Part shown: positions 25,431 to 37,300 of the stretch, one piece after another
How positions within the stretch are numbered: the first letter of the stretch is position 1
Layout: each line of letters starts with the position of its first letter
Source: Balanoglossus misakiensis
Taxonomy: Eukaryota > Animalia > Hemichordata
DNA: 64,000 nucleotides
Assembly (NCBI GenBank): GCA_040954595.2
Contig: CM082588.2
Location: 11,793,398-11,857,397, forward strand
Reading direction: 5' to 3'
The notes under the pieces: generated by a model
What the model was told of the DNA's origin: nothing
Seen by the model: the letters and a program-made list of their open reading frames with translations, nothing else
Databases searched by the model: none
Position numbers and translations under genes: made by a program

Positions 25431-28400
25431 ATGTATAAGAGAAAAGAAGACCTGACCAAAGGTAAATGTGAAATGTACTGTAAATGTAGGAAGATACTTT
25501 TTCCCTTGGAAATTTTGCACTCGTCAATTTGGATAATTCACAAAAATTGTTTTCTAGAATTCGTATTTTTCAGCACAGTTGCTTTCTCACTTGATGCCTA
25601 TGGAATATCCAACTCATTGAAAAAAGTGCAACTGTTCAAACAATTTAAGTAACACTTAATGTTTTTTATCCCTTGAAAGAGAGTCAAGAAGCATTGGGGC
25701 GACTAGCCGAACAGTTTCAGATGAAAGAGGCTGAAGTAAAATCAAAGAGACTGAAGCGATCTGTTCCAAAGCCACCAGAACAACAGGTAGGAATTGCAAT
25801 CCAAATGATACATACATGAAGAAAGATAAGAACTGCCTTTCTTGAAGTATTTTGGGAAGTTTTTAGTCCCCCCCCCCCCACCACTAACCTTTTTGTATTT
25901 TGTCTACACTTTTGTTTTCTTTCCATTCTACACCCAATAGCATGATGAATTGCCCAGTACATGTATTTAATTTCTCATCATCTAATTTACAGACAAGGTA
26001 AACATTCTAGACACTGGTAATTTCATCATGCTTTAGGGAATAGAATAGAAGTGTAGAGTATACATACACAGGAAAGTATAGACCAAGGTTATGTACAGTT
26101 CAGCCTTTAAGCATTATACGTAATTGCTAGGAGTTATAACACATGTTTTCTTCATATCCATGCAATGTACAAGTCTTTTCCTTGTTAGTTATTTCCTGAT
26201 TTTATGAAAATTTAAGTTTATACTCATGCCATTTTACATACATTTATTAAAATTTTGATGTTTACCCTATTTTGTAACATTTTCATTCAGGTGTTAAATG
26301 TTACACCACTGATAAAAGACAGTAAAGGAGTTCTAAAGAAAATGGGGGCAGTACTACCATCAGCTGTCGGCAGAAAAAGTCAGGTGGCCATTACCGTGGA
26401 CAGTGGCTCAAATGCCATGCACTGGGCCCAGAGTGTATCGGCACACTTCATCGACGTGGATTTTGTACCTTATGAGATGAATGACATAGGAGTGTTCATA
26501 AGGATGAAGGACCCAATGAATTTCCAATTAAAAGACCTGAAGGCAAAATACAAAAGTATGAAGGCGAAGACAGACAAGTTGCCAGTCTTCATGTTTGCAG
26601 TTGGGCAGAGTGAGTAAATCATGTCTATTTACATTGTCACAAGTTGTGTCAAGTATTTAACTGGATAAATTGAAAGGTTGTTTTTTTTCTTTGTGCCCGT
26701 TTTGTGTTGGATTATCCAGGTTAAAAAGTCATGGTAGTTTTTTATTATTCACTTGCTTCTTTTTAAACAAAAACAGACAAAAATAGAAGTGGCAGAACTT
26801 GTTTTGTTGGAAGAAAAGCGCCATTTCTGTCATTGTCACATGACTGGGCAGACCCCATTATCCAGTGGGTATCATTGGCATGGTGGACTTTATGGTTGGT
26901 ATATTCATGCTATCATGCAATTATGCAAAGCCTGGCATGAACATAACAAATTCAACAAATGCCATTTTAGACATGTATTTGCAAAATTGCAGGATAGTGG
27001 TACCTGTCTGGTCATGTGACAATGGCCCAAGTATGGGCACTTTTATTCCAACAATGCTACCTCCAAGTTCCACCACTTTGATTGTGTAAGTGCACAGGTG
27101 CATTATACTTGATTAACTTGATTATCTGACTCAAAGGTTGCACTAAAAAAGTTTCAGCCTTGTCTATCAGTGACCCCTTAAGGCAAAGTCTCTCTCTGCT
27201 TCTTGCTGCTTTTTTACATTAATTATGTTTGATACAAGATATTGTTTGTGTTATTAGGTCCCATTGGTATAGGCCTATATACCATGGGACCTTATGGGAT
27301 GGGTTGTGTCTGTATGGATGTATGTATGTATGTCTGTATGTCCGTCCACATCAAAAACTTGAAAACCGCTGCGCGTATCACCTTGATATTTGGTGTGCAG
27401 ATGCAGGCAGGGCTGTAGATGGGAGTTTGTCCAAACGAAGTTGCCAGGCCCAAAAATATGCAAATGAGCCAGTAAAATGTGAAATTTATCAAAACTCTGA
27501 AAGTCAACAACTACTGCTCAGATTGCTTTAAAAATTGGTATGCATGTACCTTATGTCAACCTCACATCGACCTGTAAGTGTTAAGTTAATATCATGGATG
27601 TTTTATTTTTTATGAATTTTTTAGTCTTTTTATTAAATTTATACCTTTACTTATACCTCTATGGTTAAGCTATGTCCACGTCTTATTGTGGAGTTCTGGT
27701 CTGTGCAATAGTCCTGTACAGTGACTGTCTATTGGTCAGTGAGCACAATGGGGCCAAAATAAAAGGCAAATTTTTGGGCTCACCTGTAACACCTGCTTAA
27801 CACATTAATTATGTGCATACCTAATTCCAGGCTAACCAATAAGGCTATAGGTTTGGTTTTTATTGAACATGGACCAGTATAAGGTCAAAATTTCTTGCCC
27901 AAATTTTGCATGACCTCAGGTGACCTTTGACCTACTTTATCATATCTTGGCATCCAGAGCAGGTAGAGACTTCGCGTTTGGAGGGTTGGGACTAAAATTG
28001 AAAAGCCAAAATTGGGGGTCACCTGTGACACTTGCATATCTCATTAATTATGTGCATACCTAATTCCAGGCTAACCAATAGGGCTATAGGTTTGGTTTTT
28101 GTTGAACATGGACTAGTATAGGGTCAAAATTTTATGCCCAAATTTTGCATGACCTCAGGTGACCTTTGACCTACTTTTCCATATCTTGGCATCCAGAGCA
28201 GATGTGCTTATTGCTATGTTGCTATGTTTTTACATGTAGACATACAGCGAATCAACATTCGACCACACACAACTTCCATTTCACTTGTATGATGATATGA
28301 GAATAAAAACTCGCCCCAAATGAAAAAAATGGTAGAGGAATATTATTCATTTTGGCGATTTTTTTTCACTCATGTCTTCAAGCCAAATGGAAGGTGTGTG

Positions 28401-31051
28401 TGGTTGAACGTTGATTCACTATATATCCACACATATAATAACATAAACGGTGTCTTGTATCAAACATAATTAATGGAAAAGGGGCAGCAAGAGAGAGACA
28501 TTGTCCCTTTAATGACCTATTTTCCAGAGTAAATCTGTCCTTTTGTTATGTGTAGTCCCAGGTTAGAACTATGGTTTGTAGTTTCATTGCCAAAGGTTTA
28601 AGGATCCTCCTACGAGAACATCTGGTCTTTGTATAGTCAACATTGAGAAATGATTTTAGTATGGACTAAAACTCAGTAGTAAATAATTAACAGTTTCTTT
28701 ATGCATATGTGAGCTATGCTGATGTGCTTATCAATTTTCAGGGCATTTCTGTATTCTGTATTTTTTTTTGTATTCCACAGCAAAACATTCTTTGAAAGCA
28801 TCCTTTGTTCAAAAGAAGCTGCAACTGCAAGACAAAGAGTTCGAGCAGCAAGAGGAACCTGAACAAGAACAAGAAATGGTCAAGGTATAATGGCATGAAT
28901 ATTTTAACATGTGAAATTTAGTCTGCCAGTGATGTCATGGTTTGTAATACAGTGTGGCATACAGTATCTACTGGCGATGAATTGAAATCTTGACATTTCA
29001 ACAAAATTTATGGGGAACAAAAAATATAGTTTAAGCACAAAACAGCAACATTTTACAAAATCATAATTACAGCCAGATAGATATTTCATTTTTTTATTTT
29101 CTGTTATAGGGTACTGACAATGAAAAGTTAGTGTCCTGTGATCCTGTGTCCTGTGATCCTGTGTCCTGTGATCCTGTGTCCTGTGATGGTGTCAATGAAG
29201 ATGTAGAAGTGATTGCGGTTGAAAATTCTGTTGACATAACAGTGGTGGAGGAGGTGGCAGCTTCATGTGAGGAATCCATGAAAGAATGTACTGCTGAACA
29301 GGCATTGAATTCAGAACAGGTTAGACATGATTAATTAACTACTATAAATGATGGAGCAGGTTCTCCGAATAAATATTCGAATGATCAGGCACTTCTAGTC
29401 AATACCAATTGTATTTATTGGCAAAATGTCTATTCTGCTACAGTAAAACCTGTCGAAACTGAACACCAAAGTGACTGAAGAAATTATTCCATTTGCAAAG
29501 GTGTCTGGTTTATAGGGGTTCTTTTAACATGTGGTTCCATGTCAAAGGGACAGGAACATGTGTTCAATATAGATAGGTTTCAAGATTAGACAGGTTTTAC
29601 TGCTGCATGAGGAAATATGGGGACAGTCAGAGCAGATATGATGGAAAATAACTCTGACTGGTATTTGCAAAGGTGTTGAAAGATTATGGAATGACTCTTA
29701 AACAAATGGGGCTTTCACATGTGATGTTTAGGCCGCCCCTGGGGGATATTGATTAGTCTAAGGTATTAAATGGTATCAATATTAACGTTACAGGAAAGAG
29801 AGAAACAAGCTCAAAGGAAATTGCAGAGGAAAGATGTAAGTTTAGTCGAATTTTGATTCTGAGTCATACATTTGACTGGATTGGTTATACTCCTACACCA
29901 AAGTGACAGTTTGGGCAATGATGTTAATACTGGATTGAAACGTGTTGATTGTCTTTGTAGTTTTTGATAAATTCTTCATTTTTACATTTATAGGATAGTT
30001 TTTGATAAATTGTTAATTTTTAGGTCCAATGTCTAAAAATTTAGAGCTCAGAGGTGCATTCTACTAAATGTTTGTTTTGTACTTTCTCATCCACATACCT
30101 ATTTCACGTTAGGCAAGGCAATCTCTTCCCTAGGAACCGGTTAGTCAGTGAATTGTCTGCTCAGGTTATGACACTCAATGTGTTTATTTCTTTACAGGCA
30201 GCACAGCCCAGAGCCGAAAATATAAGATTGCCCTTGATTAACGAAAGGAAAAGACAAATCTGCATCATGGTGAACGATGAGGTCCTGGAAAGGCCATTCA
30301 GAGACCTAGATACACTCAAAGTAAGTCAAGATATGGGCCATCAAGTGTAAATTGTGTGTTTCATGTTCACTGTTCAAATACAGTCCGTTGCAGCCTTACA
30401 ATGTAAGGCATTTCTGAGTGTAACTGCAGTCATACCAAAATAAAGAAACCAAGGTTTGGATTAATCATCATATTCTAGCATTATAATTGTAAACATAAAA
30501 GAATCTATTTGCTTTGCAGGATGTCTTTGATTGGATTTGCGGTACAGTTGATTCAGAAGATCTTCCTTGCAGATTTTTTCTGCAATGTTTCGATCCTCCC
30601 AACTGTGTTGATTTTCAGTGTCAGCATGAATACCATGCCACAGCTGAGGCTGACTTCCTTTTAGTAGAATATCTACCAGAAATGATGCTAGTGAAAGAGG
30701 TAATTTAATAATTTTAAATTTTTTTGATGATATTTGCATATTTCGGTGTTTGCCAATTTTGAGAGATTGATCAACTGTCTTTTTTAGCAGTTTTATACTG
30801 AAAATCGAGTTGTCCAAAAATGCACAACATTCTTCAGTCTCGTGAAACAGAATCCAAATGTTCACATAGTACAGCTATTCTGATTACCAAGTTTTATTTC
30901 GCATCACAAAATGTCAGTACATACACATGAATATGATAAACAATGTTTTTTAATGCATGAAATCACTTTTTTATTTGTTCTACAGATTAGTGGTGACCTG
31001 GATGACACCCTAACAAACTATGATGATGTTCTTCTGTGTGGGCTGTTTTGA
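25431..31051 (+). CDS. Nine-exon gene, ~393 aa: unknown N-terminal domain, acidic/coiled-coil linker, C-terminal UBX/ubiquitin-fold-like domain
   Basis: Hand-spliced GT-AG exons 25431-25461, 25680-25786, 26291-26609, 28781-28884, 29110-29319, 29794-29835, 30198-30320, 30520-30699 and 30986-31051 total 1182 nt, with consistent phases and one terminal TGA. The segment ICIMVNDEVLERPFRDLDTLKDVFDWICGTVDSEDLPCRFFLQCFDPP resembles UBX by eye. Confidence 0.75.
27178..28512. mobile_element. Degenerate palindromic MITE flanked by TTAA (Kolobok-like), split by a later ~0.95-kb insertion
   Basis: 27178-27256 (ttaaggcaaagtctctct...cattaattatgtttgatacaaga...gttatta) is the inverted complement of ~28435-28512. 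The inner arms at ~28232-28435 are also inverted about ~28335. TTAA is present at both ends. Confidence 0.65.
27255..28205 (+). mobile_element. Helentron-associated (HINE/DINE-1-like) non-autonomous element with internal ~240-bp tandem duplication
   Basis: It starts with the hairpin cccattggtata-ggccta-tataccatggg, followed by a GTAT/GTCT/GTCC microsatellite. A direct repeat spans ~27770-27961 and ~28010-28200. A related 5' end is present at ~23723. Confidence 0.55.
29441..29602. mobile_element. Small Tc1/mariner(pogo)-type MITE in an intron
   Basis: Perfect 14-bp TIR CAGTAAAACCTGTC...GACAGGTTTTACTG. TA is present on the left flank but not intact on the right. Confidence 0.65.
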
Positions 31052-31079
31052 ACTGTACTTGTGAACATTTTTTTTTACT

Positions 31080-31281
31080 AGGGGACCATTCAGTTTTTAC
31101 GGCGGGAGGTAGGTAGGGGGAGTCGGCAAAATCAAGGGGGTGTCACTTAAATTTGGAAATTCAAAAGGGGGGTCATCATTTTTTGGTCCCGTGTAAAGGG
31201 AATGGGGGGGGGGGGGTCTGCCTGTTTTTGAAAACAGATGACACAAACTTGCCCCAAGCCATGAAAACTGAACGGCCTCTA
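31080..31281. mobile_element. Degenerate ~200-bp MITE between the two convergent stop codons
   Basis: Imperfect TIR aggggaccattcagtttt...aaaactgaacggcctct, with G-runs inside. Confidence 0.45.
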
Positions 31282-31320
31282 AAGTATTAGCTGTTGTATT
31301 GTTCTCTTTAGTTGTGTAGT

Positions 31321-34300
31321 TTAGAAAAGTTCTTCAAGGCAAGGTGTCAAGTGCAAGTAGAGTTCTTTTGCTGCAAATGCTGTAGTGGGTTCATGATTCC
31401 ATCCATTCATTTGGCATATGTTCCGTGCCACAACTGCGAAATCTTCATTGCAACCATTATTAAAGTTACACTGTGACTTGCATAGCAAGAAAGTTTGAGA
31501 GCCAGCGTTGACTGAATGTATGTAGTTCCGACAATTAGGGCGGTCTGAAATAACAAAATATGTTTGTTCAAATAAGAATTTATGTATGGGTTAAATACTA
31601 TGAGGGTATTACGAAAATACTGCAAAGTATGCTCAAGGACATTAGCGCCACGTATCGCCTGATGCGTAGCGGAGGGCGATGCACTATGCTAATGTCCAAA
31701 TATATACTTTGTGGTATTTTCATAATAAAATTATTATTGTACATCTTACATCTCAGTTAGTTCTTGTGTTGCATATTATTTGGCTTTCAAAACGCTGGTA
31801 CGATCAACCATAACCGATCAGCTGAAACACAGTACACAGTGAGCAGCCATCTTTCTTTTTTGTTTATATTGGAGTATCTATTGTTCTTGGTGCCAGATGT
31901 ATATTAAGTTATTTTATTTTATTTACCTTAAGCAATGAAGTGATTGAAATGTTATTTTTCTATCATTCTCTGCAGATGTTATGTAATCTTGAGATTTTTG
32001 TTGAGGAAACTTTCCAATGTTCATGATTTATGCTTTAAACACTGCATGTCATTTACTTCATGGATAAGCCTTATGTTGACCTAATGAGTGAAATACCCAC
32101 ATGACTTGTGATCTACATTCAGTCACAGGGTCCAGATTAGGTAGCATTTCTGCAATTTTAATGAATCTTTGTTGGTTTCTTTATTTTGTTGCAATAAAAA
32201 AGTACCTAGTAACTCAGGACAGGTATAGAGAATTTCTGGAATGCCTGATACAGAATCTCCTTTATTTTGTCGCCTTATTCTGTGGTGGTTCCACCTCTCA
32301 ACTACCTCATCCAGTTCCCTTTGCATGACAGAAAAATAACAAAACTGCATACTCATTCTGAAAGAAAAAATGCAAATTGATTTCAAGATGCTTGGGAATA
32401 ATATGTGCATTTTATCATACTTAACAAATAGCATAATGTTACAAGTTTATGGAAATTCATCCAGTTAAAAATATGATTTCCAGCAGATCTACGGATTTCA
32501 AACGAACTGCAATATTTGATCTCCTGTCTATGTCTCTACCATCCTGTCTGTGTCTGTTTCTTCTCTGCTCTGTGCAAACATTGACAGATTGAATAATGGA
32601 ATTTCTTTCATTACTTGAAACAAAACATAAAGTGTATCAACTCACATGTTGACCGGGTCACCTAACTGCAAATGACCCATTGATACCAAATCCTAGGGGA
32701 TAAAAAATTGATAGTGGTGAATTTCCTGTAATGCTACAGTAAAATGTGTCAGTGAATGTGGTCTTGTACTTGTGTATAAACTGCCTGCAAGGCCATGGCC
32801 AAGAAAAAAAATGTTTGGAAAGCCTAGTCCTCATGTATAAAAACTCTGCAGGACAATTCAACATCATGATATGAACTGACTTGAGCTATACTGGTTATTT
32901 TTCTCATTCCTACACACAACTGCATCCACTAATGACATTGCATCTTGGGCTGTGGCACATTCTATGAGAATACAAATTTTGTCACTTATACAACCATCTT
33001 TGTGTTTGAGTTGATTTTGTTTTGCAGAACACATTTGTACAAGCCAAATGATACTTTACCTTAAAATGGTCAATCCACCAATCTGCACTTTTACTTCTTA
33101 ACACACCCCACCATCGTTCAATACGCTGTAAGAAGAGATCACAATGAAAACAATGGTCTGACACAATTACTGTCACCACTCTGAACAAACAAATGTGAAA
33201 CACGATACCAAAAGTGTCTTTTTTGGATTATATTGTGAAACAAAAAACTGCACCAAATTTGAACAAAATTTGCTCAGGCATGCAGCAGCAATGGAATCGG
33301 TGACTGAAGTAGGGAAGATGGGGAGTCTATGAGGTTTGAGGATAGTCTCCTCAAGCATATAGTCATCTTAACAAGGTAGTGGAAAAATGGGTAGTATTAA
33401 CAGTCTTTTTATCTCATGACACGGTACAGCGTAGGTATTCCTAAGAAAAATTGTGATGTCATTTGTCATATGTGGATAGAGGGCGCTGCGCATGGTCGAC
33501 AAGTTCAGCAACATCGTCTCTTGGTACGAGCGAAAAATCACTCCTTAGTTGGAACTTTTTTTCATCACCGGTCAATGTGTCGATTTTTGAAGGCGTGGAC
33601 TATTAGCTGGCAACGGATTTTTGCGGAAGATTGCTGTAACTTTTTGTCAAAAGTGAGTTTTCATTTTTATCTATCAAGTCGAAGCCAGCACACAGAATCC
33701 TGCCATTAGTTCCAGTCGATCTCATTATGCATGCAAAATAGTACTGGAATTCTGCTCCTTTGTTTAAAACCCACGTTGTGTAATCGAACACCTGTGCTCA
33801 TTCACGATGCCGAGAAGAAAAGACCAAACACCATATGGATCATCAGACTCTTGCCAATCAACACCTCCAGCTGGCACACCACGATCAATAGAAAACCGGC
33901 TTGCTGAAATCTGTTCACATGTAAATCACATACCGGCACTATTGATCAGTATTGCTGAGCTCAAAGAAAGCCAAAGCACAATAAATTCGTCACTTTAGTT
34001 CTTCAACGGACTTGTAGAGGAAGTACGTGGACGAGTTTCTACTTTGGAGCTTGAAAATAAAGAAGTCAAAGAAACGAATGCACAGCTTTTCACTCGCATC
34101 ACAGAGCTCGAGAAATCTATGGAAAGTATGAATCAGTACAATAGACGTGAAAACATTGAACTTCATGGAATTCCTGAAAGTGCAGATGATGGAGAAAATA
34201 CAGATGCAATCGTAACAAGAGTGCTAAAAAAGATCGATCCAGGTATCAGTGACCACGACATTGTGATTACCCACAGATTAGGTCAAAAGCATACAGGTGA

Positions 34301-37300
34301 CAATGCTGCACCTACTTTCCCAAGACCAATCATTGTGCGATTCTTAAGCAGGAAGAAACGCGACTATATCCACCGGAACAAAAAGAAGCTAGCGACCATT
34401 ACAACTGGAGATATTGGATATGCCAATCGGAACAAAATCTACGTAAATGAAAATCTAACTCCAAAAGCACGCAAACTTTTTAAGATGACGAACGTGAAGC
34501 GCAAATCAGCACGCTATAAGTATGCGTGGACGCGGAACGGTGAAGTTCTTGTGAAGAAAAGTGAGCAGTCACCTGTACTAGTGATAAGGAATGAGCTGGA
34601 CCTTGCCAAGATTGTATAAACCATCTTGTAGACATTTTCTTGGTTTCCCATATATTGCTTCATGCCAAACTCAGTAAATGACATAGATGATGACATTTTC
34701 ACAGTTACAAATCATATACTAGAACCGTCAACATTTAATGATAAATTTAGCTCTAGATCCAGCCATTCTTTCTCAGTATCTCATATTAATGCAAGATCTC
34801 TCTGTAATAGTATAGACGATGTACGTCTCCTGTATAATGAATGTATCACCAGTCCTTTTCACATTATTGGTGTTTCAGAAACCTGGCAAATCAATAATCC
34901 AACTTTTTTTAATTTGCCAAATTACTCTTTTGAGTTAAATAGCAGAAACATCGGTCGGGGTGGCGGGGTAGGGGCATATATTCATTGTTCTCTTAAATAC
35001 AAACTGTTAAACTTTAATGTGGTTCATTCTGAATCACTATGGTTTGAAATATGCGGGTTAAAGAATCTCATAGTTGTCGGTGTGTTATATCGCAAACCAG
35101 GAACTAGTGTCACAGAGTTTGAAGACAGTCTTTTTAATGTTCTTTGTTCTTTGAAACTGGATAAAAAACATTGTATTCTTATGGGTGACTTTAATATTGA
35201 TGTGTCAAGTCCAGATTCAAGTGCTCGGGATTTTATACCAAGGATGCAATGTCTTCATCTAGAACAGTTAATCTCCTCCACAACTCGTATTACAAGTACT
35301 TCCAAGTCGACCATTGATCATATTTATTCCAATATTAGCTCTTGTCACATTGATGCTGGTACAATTATTGCTGATATTTCAGATCACTTACCTATTTTCT
35401 CTATTTTCAACAATTTCAATGTCCACACGCCATTTGTACGGTCAGTTTGTACAAGGAATTTCAGGCGCTATAACTCTGCTCGTTTTATTTCTGATTTAAT
35501 TAATGTTAACTGGAACGTTGTTATGCATAACAATAGCTGTGTAAACACTGCTTTTGACACCTTCAGCAATTTGTTCAGCCAGGTGTGTGACCATCATGCC
35601 CCACTTGAGGTTAAAACTATTAAGGCCAAGTGTAACAAAAATCCCTGGATTACCAAAGCTATTAAGAAGTCAATTCGCACCAAACGCAAACTATATGCTA
35701 AAGTTGTCACCACACAACATGAACCAAGTGCTGTTGCTCGCTACACAACCTACAGAAATATTCTTACAAGTGTTTTAAGAAAAGCCAAAAGGGTGTATTT
35801 TGCTAATTTATTCACTGTAAACAACAATGGTAAAGTGTGGAATGTTGTAAATGAGTTGCTTGGTAAAAACACTACTTTAGATAAAGCACCAGATCAGTTA
35901 AAGGTCAATGTAAATGGGATTGAAAGGTTGGTAGATAAGCCAGCTGATATGGCTAAGTGTTTTAATGACTTCTTTGTACATGTGGGTCAAAATCTGGCAA
36001 AACACATTCCAAAAACCACAAAAGATTTTAAAAATTATATGAATGATCCTATGCCAAACTCTTTTTTTCTCCATCCTGTTACGGTTGCTGAGATAAAAGA
36101 GATTTTGGTGCATCTTGACAGTAAAAAGGCCAGTGGGTGGGATAATATTCCTCCAAGACTCCTAATTGATGCAGCTGATGTTATTGCTCAACCTTTGACC
36201 CACATCATAAATATGTCTTTCTGTACCGGTGTCTTCCCTAATTCCTTAAAAGTCGCTAAGGTTAAACCTATCTTCAAGAAAGGAGAACAGAACATTGCTG
36301 GGAACTACAGACCCATCGCCATTTTATCAATGTTCAGTAAAGTGATAGAAAAAGTGGTAAACAAACAAGTGATTACTTACCTTGATAAATATAATATATT
36401 ATATAAGCACCAGTATGGCTTTAGAAAGAACCATAGCACCAAGCACACTTTGATTAACTTAGTTAACCACTTGTTAAAAGAAATTGATAAGGGGAATTCC
36501 ACACTGGGGGTGTTTATTGACTTCAGCAAAGCTTTCGATACCATTCACCATGCCACTTTATTGTCCAAGCTTGAACATTACGGGTTTAGGGGCCCCTGCC
36601 AGCATTGGTTTAACAGCTACCTCACAGACCGCTCACAGTATGTCACATTAACCAGTCATGACTTCAGAAAAGTCCTTGATCCACAATGGAGTCCCACAGG
36701 GATCAGTTTTGGGCCCAACCCTTTTCCTTATTTATATCAATGACCTTCCAAATTCTTCTACATTTTTTGATTTCCGTTTATTTGCTGACGACTCCAATCT
36801 CTTCCATTCCTTCTCAGGTGCAGATAGTATTAACTTGACTCATATATCCTCTTATTTAAATGATGTTCAGCAATGGTGCAATGCCAACAAACTAACAATT
36901 AATAGGGCCAAGACTCACTTTATTATTTTTAGGGGTCGGCAGAAAAAACTTAATGTTCTTGGGTCATTGCAAATCCAGAATGAAGAAATCAAAGAGGTTG
37001 ATGTGATACCATTTGTTGGGGTTTTATTGGATAAGCATCTGTCATGGTCACATCAAATTAACAAAATAAATAATCTCATTAGGAAGCACTGTGGAATTTT
37101 ATACAAGATTAGAAATATTTTACCACTCCATATCAGAATTTTGTATTACAACGCCTTCATACTCCCCCATGTTACATATGGTCTTGAGGTTTGGGGCAAT
37201 ACTTACCCCACAAAGTTACGTTGTATCCAAGTTGCCCAAAAAACAATTGTACGTATAATGCTTTTCAAATCACACATGGACCATTCTTCTCCTCTCTTTA

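Noticed and set aside
25993-25997. 5-nt micro-exon (ttacag|acaag|gtaaac) in the UBX-like gene
   Set aside because: Inclusion would shift the frame, and the flanking exons already join in phase 0.
29131-29187. 15-bp minisatellite (VSCDP repeats) as a separate functional element
   Set aside because: It is an in-frame slippage repeat within a low-complexity exon; there is no evidence for a separate role.
32123-32205. Transposase ending by read-through at the 32123 stop, as in the ORF track
   Set aside because: A donor at 32205 and an in-phase exon at 31321-31544 give a more family-like C-terminus (C..F...I....P.T...A..LY..L).
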